Below, one piece after another: positions 29,401 through 43,959 of a DNA stretch of 64,000 nucleotides. Source of the DNA: the human T2T-CHM13v2.0 reference genome, Homo sapiens; assembly GCF_009914755.1 (NCBI RefSeq), contig NC_060937.1, one strand, 5' to 3'. The number at the start of each line of letters is the position of its first letter. Position 1 is the stretch's first letter. The position numbers were made by a program, and so were the translations under genes. The notes beneath the pieces were generated by a model. The model was not told the origin of the DNA. It worked only from the letters and a program-made list of their open reading frames with translations, and did no database searches.

Positions 29401-29859
29401 ATTATTTTTTAATATCACCATCGTGACTATCACCTCTGCCAGTCTTCATTTGGGAGACTGTGCACCTGTCTTCCAACCTGAGAAAAAGCATGGTTGGTTT
29501 CAAAATGCCCAATCATAGGGCTGTAACAACTGGGTTCACCCCATTTCTCTGTGTGTGATGTGTGGGAAACTAGTTTCCCCCAAGCACCTGGCATGTCAGG
29601 TTGTGAATCCTTGTCTCTAGGCAATAAGTTGTTGAATTTAGGCAGCTTGAATTTCTGCCCAGCCTTCTGTCTTTCTTCTCATCATTTCTGTCTTATAAAT
29701 ACCCAAGTCAGAGCCTTATTCATAGTAAGGATGTGAAGGAGTTTAAGGGGAAAATAAGGGTTTTTCATAGTCTAAGACGTGTTTCTCAAGATTGTAAATA
29801 AACTACTGATCATTATGAAATAATTATGTTCTACCCTTAATTAGACTTGTCCCAAGGCT

Positions 29860-30280
29860 TGTCAATTAAAAGAGTTGATTGCAGTGTTGACACGCAAGCT
29901 TGGCCTGCTCTTGCCCTTGGCTCTTGTCCTGCTCTTGCTCTTGTCCAGCACTGTCCCTAAAGGATCACTCCACAACAGAAGTGTTTTAATCAGCTGTTTA
30001 AAAGTATAGATTGAGCTTTCCATGGCAGAAACACTACTGATCATGGGAATCAAGACCCCGTGCTTAATACGGCTGCTAATTGGTACATAGAGTCTGAAGG
30101 CTGGGAAAGGGCCAGAAAGCCATTAGATTGCCATGGGGGCGAGTTCCGGGAGCTGGCCAGGGGACTCCCTCGAAACGGACTTCGCAGGATTCTTGCTAAA
30201 ACTGGACACGGAAGCCTGAGGCTGAGGCCTCATGGAGAAGAGGAGCCTGGTTGAAGTTCAGGCCTGGTGAGAGGCTTTGT
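29860..30280 (-). mobile_element. ERV1 LTR fragment (MER31/MER67-like)
   Basis: Reverse complement contains ccagttttagcaagaatcctgcgaagtc and aaccaggctcctct. Confidence 0.55.
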
Positions 30281-30545
30281 TACACTCAACTCTGTCTTCA
30301 CAGAGCAGAAGCATCCGTAGACGATGTGAAATGAATGGATGTGGCTGTGTTCCAATACAGCTTTATTTATGGGCACAGAGATTTGGCTTTTATATAGTTT
30401 TCACATATCACGAAATGTGATTCTTTTGATTTTTTTTTTAACCACTGAAAAATGTAAAAGCCAATCTCTGCTTCGGACCTGTGCCAGAACAGGGAGTAGC
30501 CTGGCCGTATTTGGCCCATGTGCCGTAGTTTGCCAATCTCTGTGG
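30281..30545 (+). mobile_element. MER58B-like hAT MITE fragment
   Basis: gtggctgtgttccaatacagctttatttatgggcac...tttggcccatgtgccgtagtttgccaa. Confidence 0.75.
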
Positions 30546-31075
30546 TAGGTATTCTATCACCCAAATTTTACAGTGAGCAAATCCAGAGAAGTAACGTGCC
30601 CAATCCTTAACAATGAAATGTGTAACCAGGATCCACACAGAGCCTCTCTTAGCCAAAGCTCATGTTCTGTATGTCGCATGTGGCTGCCTGTCCTTGGATC
30701 TCCCGTCGGAAAGAGCTGCACAAACCGTAACAGCAGAGATAGTTGTATACGGAAAATTTATCTCATTGGCCTATTGAGGCTAGCTGGAAAAGCTCTGCAT
30801 TGTGGCTTGCATATCTGTTTAAACATTCGCTTTGTCATTTAGCTGCTAGGTTGATTCTTAACTTCCTTGATTTTGCACTTCATCTGAGAAATGAGAGGAA
30901 TAAATGACCATTTTACAAGGTTATTATGAGGGCTAATCAGATACTTTACAATGATGAGCCCAGCAGGTCTCATGGCACATAGTAGGCACTCAGATATCTG
31001 TTGTATTTCATTTTTGCAATCTAACTCAGAAACCAGTGAAGCCAGCCCAGCACTGTTTTATTAAAATGACATTGT

Positions 31076-31376
<301 letters not shown>

Positions 31377-31994
31377 GACAATGCTCACTGGCCTGATAAA
31401 AACAATTCTGGTTTCTTATAAATAAATACTGTCGAAGCTCCAGGAAGAAGATTGGCACCTTGTCATTCATTTTCTGTCCTCCATGCTAGGAGAAAAGCTT
31501 TGTCAATAGTGGGACTGCTTTTGAGGGGCAGGAGGTCATGGAAACTGCAGTTCCCGGGGATGACAGGCATCCCTTGCTGGAGGTTTCTAGACCCTGCTGG
31601 AGTCAGACACACCTCCTTCATCTGTGCTTAGCCGCAGCGTCTGCCCTCGCTTCTTCCTAGGGGTCTGAGGACCTCTGAGGTGAGGAGGAGCTTTTTGAGG
31701 AACATGGGAGGTGTAAAGGATGGAGAATGTCACAGGATCGAGGACAGCCTGCAGCTGTGGGAAGCCAGCAGAGGTGAGGTTGTACAGCGGCTCGGTCACC
31801 TCGCGGGGCAGCACCATCTAATGGTGACTGTGTTGACAGGCAGGTCCCCAGAGGAGGCAAAGCTCCCCTCAAGCAGAGAGTCTGGGAGGACAGGCCCTTT
31901 GGAAAATACAGCTGTGGGAGATGCTCCAGCTCTCAAGTGGGAAGGAGAATAACTGATTTTGGGGCTTTTAGTGTTTTGTTTGTTTAATTAATAG

Positions 31995-32365
31995 ATTTAA
32001 TATTTGTATTGCAGTTTTAAGTTGACAACAAAATTGAGCCAGAAGTACAGAGGTTCCTATATACTGTTCCCGCTCTGTCCGTACTTACAGTGTCCCCCGT
32101 TACTGACACTGTGCCTTCGTGTGGCATGTGTGTCCTCGCTGATGGGCCAGTGTCAATCCATTATCATTCATTCACTGCGGTCCAAACTTGACATTAGGCT
32201 TCACTCTTGCTGTTGAACATTCTGTGGGTTTTGACACATGTTTCTGGACTTGCATCTACCACAACAGTATTACACAGAGTTGTGTTACCGCCCTGATCCT
32301 TCCCTGTGCTCCTCCAGTTCCTCCCTCTCTCCTCGTGAGCACCTGGCAACCCCTGATCTTTTCCC
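31995..32365 (-). mobile_element. Old L1M 3' fragment
   Basis: gcagttttaagttgacaacaaaattgagccagaagtacagag...cattaggcttcactcttg...gggttttgacacatg. Confidence 0.75.
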
Positions 32366-32367
32366 TC

Positions 32368-32928
32368 TGTACTTTTTAATTTTCTGTACTCTCTGACACC
32401 TGAGGCCTTGTTGACTGGGGAGCTACTTCCCCTCCCCGGGCTAGCCAATTCTTAGAGATGGCAAATGGCTCCCTGTGAGTGTACCCTTTATTTGCCAATT
32501 AACCAATCCAGAGGCCTATCCAGCCACCTCCTTCCTGCTGGTTCTGACACTCCAGGAGGCAACAGTCACCTTCAGGGCCAGGTACCCACAACCAGAGCCA
32601 ACCACACCCCAGAGCCCACGGAAATGATGCAGATGAGCCAGTGCTAAACCTGCTTACCCTGCCCAGCCTCGCCTCCCCTGCCCAGCCTCGCCTCCCCTGC
32701 CCAGCCTCGCCTCCCCTGCCCAGCCTCGCCTCCCCTGCCCAGCCTCGCCTCCCCACAGAAGCGATCCTGCCCTTGTTCCCCCTCCCCCTCTCCCTCTGCC
32801 TCCAGCCCAGCCCTGGTACTTCCTTGTGGAGTGGTGGGCCCCCTCCTCTTGGGAACTGTGAGTAATAAACCCTCTTCTGAATGGCAGTGGCCTGCTGAGC
32901 TGTTGGCCGTATCATACCTGAATAAGAA
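32368..32928 (+). mobile_element. ERVL MER74-like solo LTR
   Basis: gggctagccaattcttagagat...aaccaatccagagg...cctcctcttgggaactgtgagtaataaac...catacctgaataa. Confidence 0.8.
32661..32754. repeat. Minisatellite, about 5 x 19 bp (gcccagcctcgcctcccct)
   Basis: Units start at 32661, 32680, 32699, 32718, 32737; no substitutions between units. Confidence 0.95.
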
Positions 32929-32935
32929 ATGTGCT

Positions 32936-33643
<708 letters not shown>

Positions 33644-34571
33644 GTGGTTAAAGAAAAAATACATAGAAATAATATGTTTCAAAATGGATATGCAGTTCTA
33701 AGAAGGTGGTGGTGGTGGTGGAAGCATAGTTTTTAGATCTTCTCAAACCCAAGGCCGTACATAAAGACAGCTACTTAGCAAAATCAAAAACCCACAGACA
33801 ACATCTGTGGCAAAACTAGATGCCATAGTAAGTCCTAGATCCCAAAGAACAAGCAGCTGGAGACAGAACATCAGCCAGCCCCAAGGCCTGCATGCCATCG
33901 GTGTGTGTTTAGGAAGAAATGAGGAAACAATAGGGCGTCTGATGGGTGGCAGAAGAGAACCCTCAAATTGCCACTGGAAATCACAGGGAAATGGTTTGAG
34001 AAGAGCAGCTGAAATGGGTAAGGCCTAACAGGGCTGGAGCAGCTGTGCTCCAGTGACCAGTAACTGCCCCTTGAGACGGGCCATCACTCAAGAGAGACTA
34101 CTGAGAGGGGAGCCCATATGGAACTGAGTTGGGACAACAGAGAGAAATGACAGAGAAGGGGAGGGCAATCGAGCCAGGGAACTTGAGAAAGCACGCTTCC
34201 ATATCCTTCAACACTGTACAGAAACAATAGACAAGGAAGCTCTGGGAGCTTTGAAAAGCTACTCTGAACCATGACTTTAAACAGGTTAGGAAACAATTTT
34301 CACATAAAAATGAGTAACAAAAATGTATCAAGGTCATAATGATATTTAAAAAACAGAGACTTCAATGTGTTCTTCCTGAGACACCACGTTTGGCCTTGCC
34401 AAAGGATTCAGGTGGATCCAGCTGCCAAATTGTAGAAACTGCAGGGAAGATGATCATGTTGAATAGTACTGTGAGTGTGCAGTCAGCAAAATCCAAACTC
34501 CAGGAAACCCTACAAGTCAACAGTGAGGAAAAGAAAGAGAGGGAAGAGGAAGCTATAGATTAAACAATATA

Positions 34572-34941
34572 AACTCCTGCCCTCTACAAGTAACCTCCAT
34601 GCAGAGTTTCAGAGTAACTGCATATGTTTGTAATGTTTTATTTCACCACATGGTGCATCTTTATACACCAGAGTTTAGTCTTAAGACTATAAAGACTAAG
34701 CAATTTGGGGGTGGGGGCACCACACACTTTTAACCAGATCTCCCATGAACTCTGAGTGAAAACATATTTATTACCCAAGGGGATGGTGCGAAGCCATTCA
34801 TGAGTCTCAAGGCTAGAGTGGTTTAGTCTTAAGACTAAATTCTGGCGTATAAAGATGCACCATGTGGCAAAATAACACATTACAGACTTATGCAGTTACG
34901 ATGAAACTCTGCATAGTGGTTACCTGTAGAGGGCGGGAGTT
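34572..34941. repeat. Long inverted repeat: 118-bp arms (34572-34689, 34824-34941) around a ~134-bp spacer
   Basis: Manual alignment of the left arm to the reverse complement of the right arm is ungapped with 13 mismatches. Confidence 0.95.
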
Positions 34942-35049
34942 CAGTTTGGAAGGAGTTGACCAGCAGAGTTTGATTTCTTGACTTGGTTGATAGATACAAG
35001 GGTGTTTACCATCTAATAATTCACTAAGCTGTACATTTGCTTTGTGCAG

Positions 35050-35400
<351 letters not shown>

Positions 35401-36739
35401 TAAAGGTTGAAAAGGAAAAAGGTATACAGCAGAATAAGCAAATGATAGTTTAAAGGGTTGTATAGCATTTTGTCTATAGTTAACACTGTGTTGCATGCTT
35501 AAAATTTTGAGAGGGTAGATCTCATGTTAACTCTTCTTACCACAATTTTTAAGAGTTCAATTAACCATAACACCCATGTGAAATCTTTTGAAATGAGTCA
35601 TTCGAAGCTAATGAAAATTAAACAAATGATTTAAAAATAGTTTAAACTGAGTAATTGATGTTTTGCAAGGACCATGCCTGAGGTCTGCTGAATCCTGGTT
35701 AAGAAGTAAAGATTGTAGATATTAAAGCTTCCCTCCAAGTCCAGGCTCCCTGAAACCCCACACATTGCATTGTAATATTTTCTTGGTTTGATTCCAAAGC
35801 TTCCCTTCACATATATCTCTAATACCAACTCCTACTTAATGAGTTCAGTACACAAGTGCATAGGGATAGCCTGTACTACATTTGATTTTGTAGTTTGGTT
35901 TGCAGATCTGTCTTTAATTTCTTTTTCATTTAAAGCTTTTTTGGTAAATACGTAAAACCATATTCTACGATTTTCAGTTCAAATTTTATTAAACACAGAT
36001 TCCCTTCACCAGATTAGTGTTGTCAAAAAGGGAAGGTAGGGAGAGGTAGTAGGATAGATGAAAAGAGACTTAGAGGACATAACCAGATATGAAACATGGT
36101 CTTGGTTTGGACGTTAGTTTTGACAGATCACCAATAAGGACGTTCTTTAGTTAATTGGAGGAATTTGAATATTGCCTGAGTATTTGATGAGAGGAAAGTT
36201 TACAAAATGGAGAGGTACAAATCTTTGAAAAAAGAAGTAGCTGATAAAACAATTTTGAAAAGAGTCTGGTAGGATTCTTATTAAACTAAATATACACTAA
36301 TTTTTTTGACACAGCAGTTCTACTCCTAAGTATTTACGTAAGAGAAATGAAAGCTTATGTCCATAAAAATAAGTATAAAAATATTCTTTGCAGTTTTATT
36401 CATAACTCCAAACTGGAAATCGCACATGTGCCATCAAGAGAAGAATTGTTAAACAGACTATGGTATACTACATTATGTAGAGGGAAAGAAGTCTTAGACA
36501 AAATTATATTTTCATTTATCCAAAGTTCTTAAGCTTTAGGTAATAAGCACTTGAAACATAGCTAGTGCAAATTGAAATGTAATCTAAGTATGAAATAGGT
36601 GTGGAATTCCAAAGAGTAGCAAAGAAAGCAAAATATCTCATTAATCATGTTTTTATACTGATTACATATTTAATTGGTAATATTCTGCACAGATGGGGTT
36701 AGATAAAATATGAAACCATTTTTAAAATTTTATTTTGGT

Positions 36740-37033
36740 GACCAGGCAAGATGTCTCATGCCTGTAATCCTAGCGCTTTGGGTGGCTGAGGCATGTGGAT
36801 CACTTGAGCTCAGGAGTGTAAGACCAGCCTGAGAAACATGGTGAAACCCCTCTACAAAAAATACAAAAACTAGCCAGGCATGGTGGCTCACACCTGTAGT
36901 CCTAGCTACTTGAGGGGGCTGAGGCAAGAGGATCACTTGAACCCAGAAGGTAGAGGTTTCATTGAGCCAAGATCGAGCCACTGTACTCCAGCCTGGGTGA
37001 CAGAATAAGACCCTGTCTCAAAAAAATAAAAAA
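36740..37033 (+). mobile_element. Alu (AluJ-like)
   Basis: Diverged dimer with A tail, next to a MER3/MER33-like fragment. Confidence 0.9.
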
Positions 37034-37120
37034 TCTCATTTTGGTTTTTAAAAAGTATATGAATGTTTATATTCATACACATCACATATAATGAGAGATA
37101 TGGAAATGTATGTACTAAGG

Positions 37121-37308
37121 CAGTGGTTCTTAAAGCATGGTCCACAGACCAACAAGCAGCATCCACATCACCTGAGAACTGGCTAGGAATGCACATTCTC
37201 AGGGCCGCATCCCAGATTAGGAACTCTGGGAACAGGGCCCAGTGGTGTACGTTTCAACAAGCCCTTACTTAGGGCAATTTTAATACATGCTCAACTTTGA
37301 GAACCACT
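37121..37308. mobile_element. MER5A hAT MITE
   Basis: cagtggttcttaaag...gcagcatc...catcacctgagaact...ttgagaaccact termini. Confidence 0.85.
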
Positions 37309-37882
37309 TCCCTAAAGTGTTAATGATGATCTCCTAATGGTGAAAAACATATTTTTAAAAATTTTCCTTATTTGAATTATCTAATTTTCTAGATTACATA
37401 TGTTTAAATTGTAATAGATTATTTTTAAAATTAATAGGGTTTTTTTGTGGCATCCCACAAAGGTTGATTTCTTTGTGGCATCCACAAATTGTGTTTTCAT
37501 TTTCAATACTTTCCCATTTCCCCTTGGTTTCTTCTTTATTTAAAAGTATGGTATTTCATTTCTAAATCTATGGGAGATTTTTCACAAATTCTTCAATTGT
37601 TGCTTTATTATTGAATTCCATAGTGGTCAGAAATCATAGTTCATATGACATGAAGCTTTTAAAGTAATTTACTGATACTTGTTTTATGGTCCCGAATATG
37701 TCTTATGTTGGCAAGTGTTTTACATGCACTTGGAAAAGACTGTATGTTCTGTGTTGGGTAGGATATTCAATATATTTCAATGAGGTTACGTTGTTCAAAT
37801 CTATTATTTATTTTCTGCCTACATACTAATATTGAGAAATAAATATTAAAAATCTCTGTAATTATAATTGTTGATTTTTCTA

Positions 37883-38163
37883 CAGTCATGCGTCACTTAA
37901 CGATGGCTATATGTTCTGAGAAATGTGTTTTTAGGCAATTTCATTGTGCGGACATCACAGAGTGTACTTACACAAACAGGTGGTGTAAGTACGGTTGTCT
38001 CTATAGCATATTACTGAACTGAATACAATAGGCAATTATAATGGTAAGTATTTGTGTTTCTAAACTAAAAAAGGTACAGTAAAAAATACAGGATTATGAT
38101 ATATACCACTGACGTATTATGCGCCTGTTCTTGACTGAAATGTCACTATGCGGTGCATGACTG
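37883..38163. mobile_element. Tigger3/MER7 (Golem) MITE
   Basis: Terminal inverted repeats cagtcatgc...gcatgactg preceded by TA; ttctgagaaatg...gagtgtacttacacaaac. Confidence 0.88.
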
Positions 38164-38295
38164 TTTCTCCTTGCAGTCTCATCAGTTTCCTAATCATGTA
38201 TTTTAAAATTGTTATTAAGTGTATAAATATTTAAGATTGTTTCGTGCTCTTGACTAAGTGACTCCATTATCATTAAGAAATTACCCTTTTAAAAT

Positions 38296-38606
<311 letters not shown>

Positions 38607-40258
38607 AAGAAATTACCCTTTTTTAAATCCCCAGCAATATTCTTTATTCTGACATCTGCATTGCCCAACACTAATATAGCCACTTCAGTTTTTAAATTAT
38701 TATTTTTTAGTATGGTGTACTTTCACCCTTTTTTGTTTAACTTATTTGTGTCTTTACATTAGCAGTGTATTTTTGTAGGCAGCATATACTTGCTTTTTTC
38801 TTTTTTAATCCAGACTAACAATCCTTGCCTTTTAATGGGGGGTGGAGGGGTTAGACCATTTACATTTAATGTGATTATTGATATAGTTTAAATTGAACAC
38901 CTTGCTGTTTGTTTTCTTTTTGTCTAGCCATCATCTTTTGTTCCTTTTATCTGCCTTCCTTTCAATTGAAATTTTTTGATGACTTCATTTTATATCCTTT
39001 GTTGTTATCCTTCCTTTTGCTTATAGTAGCAGTTTTCTGAGAATGTATTGACAATGGTGAGGACTTACTGTACATTAGGCTGCTTAAAGTGTTCTACAGT
39101 TTTGTTGCTTTTTAAATTTTGTGTGTGTTTCATTTTGGATTATTTCTATTGTTAGGTCTTCAAGTTTAGTAATATTTTCTTCGGGAATGCTGATCTGCTG
39201 TTACAGTCATCCAGAGAGCATAACATTTTATATCTCACAGTATAGTTTTCACTGTAGAAGTTTAGCTTGGATCTTTTTTATATCTTCCATATCTCAACTT
39301 TTCAAACATATGGAATATAGTTAGAATAATTATTTTCATGTCCTTCTCTATGGAGTCTGTCATTCGTGTGAGTTCTAGGTTAGTTTTTACTGATTTTTGT
39401 TGTTTCCTTGTGGGTCACATTTTCCTGCTTCTTGTACCTGATTTTTAAAAATTGGATGTCACATATGCTGCATACTTCTGTATTACTGTAAGTTTTATTG
39501 AATTTGTTCTGGGATATAGTTATTTGGAAGCGATTTGATCCTTTTGGATTTGGTTTTTAAGACTTGTTAGCCTGGACACTGTAGGGCATAGTCTGGGGTG
39601 AATTATTCCCGACTACTAAAGCGTGACTCTTCAGCACTCTGCCAAGGCCCCAGGAATCATGAGGTTTTCCAGACTGGCTGATGGGAATAGGTAGTATTCC
39701 TGGCCCTGTGAGCACTAGGCACTGTTACCTCTAATACATTTCTGTTTTTTTTTTTTTTTCCTGACCTTGACTACTTCCCACACATTCAAGGATAACCCCC
39801 TGTGGCTCTCCTAAGTTTTTTTTGGGTATCTCTCTACTCCCTGGTACTCTGTCCTGTGAACTCGCATCCCTTTGGCCCCCCTGAACTCTCCCCTCCATCT
39901 CTTGCACTCATGGATTTGGCCACATCCTACCTGTGTTCCTCCTTCCTACACCAGAGCCTGGAAACTCACTCAAGGCAGCAGGCTGGGGCGCTCACAGGGA
40001 TCACATTTTCATTTTCCTGTCTCTTGGAGATCACCGTTTCTCACTGCTTGGTGTACCATGTTTTCAGATCTGTTGTGTTATATATTTTCTCCATTTTTGG
40101 AGTTGCTTTGTATAGGAAAATAAATCCAGTCCCTGTTACTCTATTTTGACCGGAAGTGAAAATCTCTAGAAAGTGATAGGTGTTTACAAGAAAGCCACAC
40201 TTAACATATCTTTTAAATATAACCAAATGTAAAATTAATAAAGTCAAATAATTTTTAA

Positions 40259-40609
<351 letters not shown>

Positions 40610-41228
40610 CTTTCTTTTTCTTTTAGGAGTCAACTGCAGAAAGACTAATTTGTTGCAATGAATTCTAGACACTGGATATTTTTCTATGACAAATATTTTC
40701 TTGGCTCCTATATGTGTTACAGTTGACAGGTTGTTTTTGTCATATGCTGTTTTGGTAGTTAAGAAGAGAACTGAACTTTTGTTGAGTCCTTTAGCTTTGG
40801 AGGGAAGCATATTAGTCTTGGATTCAGCCGGACTTGATGTCAGATTCAAGCTATGCGACATTGAGCAGCTTGAATAAGCCCTCTGAGCTTGCCTTCATTC
40901 GTGTGTGAAGTGACCACATTGTTTTGAATATTAAATGAGAATGTGTGAAGCACTTACCCACTGCCTGGCACACAGTGGGTGCTCAAGAAATATTAGTCCC
41001 TTCCCTGCCCCTGCTCTCATATCAAATAACTGATTATCTTTTAATAAGACCCTTTCCAAAACACCTCAAACATTCCAGTTGCTTATGAAATCCACCTAAA
41101 ACATCACCCACCAAAATAATAGGGGGAAAAAGGATGTTTTGAGAAAGAGGAGAACAGCTTTGGGGATAGTGATTCAGCTTGCCCTGCCTTTGATACGTTG
41201 GCCTTAGTATCTCCTCTCACCTCCGAGT

Positions 41229-41520
41229 ACAGCCACAGGCCACATACTGACCTTGTGGATGACAGACTGCGTGTACGATGGTGGTCCCATGAGACTATAA
41301 TCCTGGGTCTTCACTGTACCTTTTCTGTGTTTAGATGCACAGGTAGTTGCCAGTGTGTTGGAGTTGGCCTCAGTATTCAGCACAGTAAGCGGTTGTGCAG
41401 GTTTGCAGCCTGACAGCAGTAGGCTGTACCTGGCCTTGGTGGGTGGTAGGCTATGCCACCTAGGTGTGTGTAAGTTCACTGTATGATGCTCACACAATGC
41501 CAAGGTCACCTAATGATGTG
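41229..41520. mobile_element. Tigger3/MER7 fragment, opposite orientation to the 37883 copy
   Basis: gtacgatggtggtcccatgagactataat...ctaggtgtgtgtaagttcactgtatgatg. Confidence 0.75.
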
Positions 41521-41610
41521 CAAAGCACACATGTGTTCCAAACGGGGAAGGTAGCATTAACAGGGCATCAGAGACAAATCGGATTGGAGGAAAGAAAACA
41601 GGGCGCCTGA

Positions 41611-42352
<742 letters not shown>

Positions 42353-43656
42353 AGTAGGCCTTCAAACCCTGGCAGAGGCGCCTGGATTCAGTAAGCAGGT
42401 GCATCTTTGAATCCTACTGATGGGCAATGAGATTTCTCTAGAGGTCCATTCATTTCAGCCAGATGCCTTTCCAGTCAGGCCATGTGGATGTGTGAGTGTG
42501 TTCAAGAGATCAGCGGCATAGATTTCAGTGAGAACAGGGGCTACGGTTTGGTTGAAGGGGTAGGAGTTTGGGGTTAAAGAGATCATAACAAATGTGACCC
42601 TCTAGAGAAAGCTTATGGTGTTTTTGTTACCTTTTAACTCATCGGTAACTGGTTTCTGTGTGCTTAGGATGCGGGAAAAAGTGACTAGCCCAGGATGACC
42701 TAGTCCAGCTCCGCTCGCCTCCCTGTGACCCTCCCTGCATAGCAAAGGCCAGTGCTTTCACTGCAGTTGAGTGGCAACCTCTTTTTTCTTTTTGCTGCTC
42801 CCAGCTCATCCATTTCTAATGGTTTAAGTCCAGCGTGCCCCAGACCTTCTCCCTCAGCTCTGCAATCTCGCTGGGAAACAGATAGGTCCTCACAGGCCAT
42901 GCATCCTCACCCAGCCTGGTTGCGTTGGGGTGTGATCGGCTTCTTGCAGTGTTCCCGCTGCGGAGCTGCTGAACACACTGAATTACCCAGGCCCATCTTG
43001 TGCTCCCAGCCCCATGTGTTATAAAACCACATGCTCCCTTGGCTCAAATAGGTGCTTGTGTTTGATGCTTTCCACAGAAATGCCAGAAACAGAGGAGAGA
43101 TGTTTAAAAACAATTCATAAAATAGGCAACTGCACTGCCAAAGTGTCATTGATTCGTCCTGGGGAGTTTGCAGAAGTTTAGGCTGGTTCTGTGGCCACCC
43201 TGGCAGTGGCAAGAGAGTTTAGTGGCTGGGACAGCAGGCTCCCAGTGCGCTCTCTGGTTAACTCACCCTCTCAGGCAGCATGACAGTTTGGAAACTTCTC
43301 CACTCTCCTGTATCCTCCAGCCCTCTGATTTTACAAGGGAAACAGAAGGCATCAGAGAGGAATTTTCTTGTTTTCCTAACACAGAAAGGTGAACCTCCTT
43401 CAATCTGTCATTAGCCTGTCCCTGTCCCTCTCACAGATCGAAGGAGGATGAACCTCCTTTGATCTGTCATTAGCCTGTCCCTATCCCTATCCCTTAGGAT
43501 GTTGTTTCCACCCTAAGCCAGTGCCCTGGGTTTTAGAGCTCTGTGTTCGCATCATCTCAGGTCTCTTTGGATATCGGTCATCGCCTCTTGCCCCTATTTT
43601 TAACCCCTCCCTTTCTTAAATACATGCAGGTCATTCCAGTTAAAAACAAGTAAATG

Positions 43657-43948
43657 GGTTGGGCAAAGTGGCTCATGCCTGTAATCCCAGCACTTTGGGA
43701 GGCCGAGGCAGGTGGATTGCTTGAGCCCAGGATTTCGAGACCAGCCTGGGCAACATGGCGAAACACTGTCTCTACAAAAAATATGAAAGTTAGCCAGGCA
43801 TGGTGGCATGTGCCTGTAGTCCCAGCTACCCGGGAAGCTGAGGTGGGAGGATTGCCTGAGCCTGGGAAGTTGAGGCTGCGCCACTGCACTCCAGCCTGGG
43901 TGACAGTGAGACGCTGTCTCAAACAACAACAACAAAACAAGCAAGTAA
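43657..43948 (+). mobile_element. Alu (AluJ-like)
   Basis: ggattgcttgagcccagg; (CAA)n tail. Confidence 0.93.
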
Positions 43949-43959
43949 ACAATACCCTT

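Noticed and set aside
32661-32754. Possible CRISPR-like array
   Set aside because: Contiguous tandem units with no spacers, in eukaryotic intronic DNA.
34572-34941. Inverted repeat as a pre-miRNA or a MITE
   Set aside because: The ~134-nt loop is too large for a canonical pre-miRNA, no flanking TSD is visible, and one arm continues into L1-like sequence. Kept as a rearrangement finding instead.
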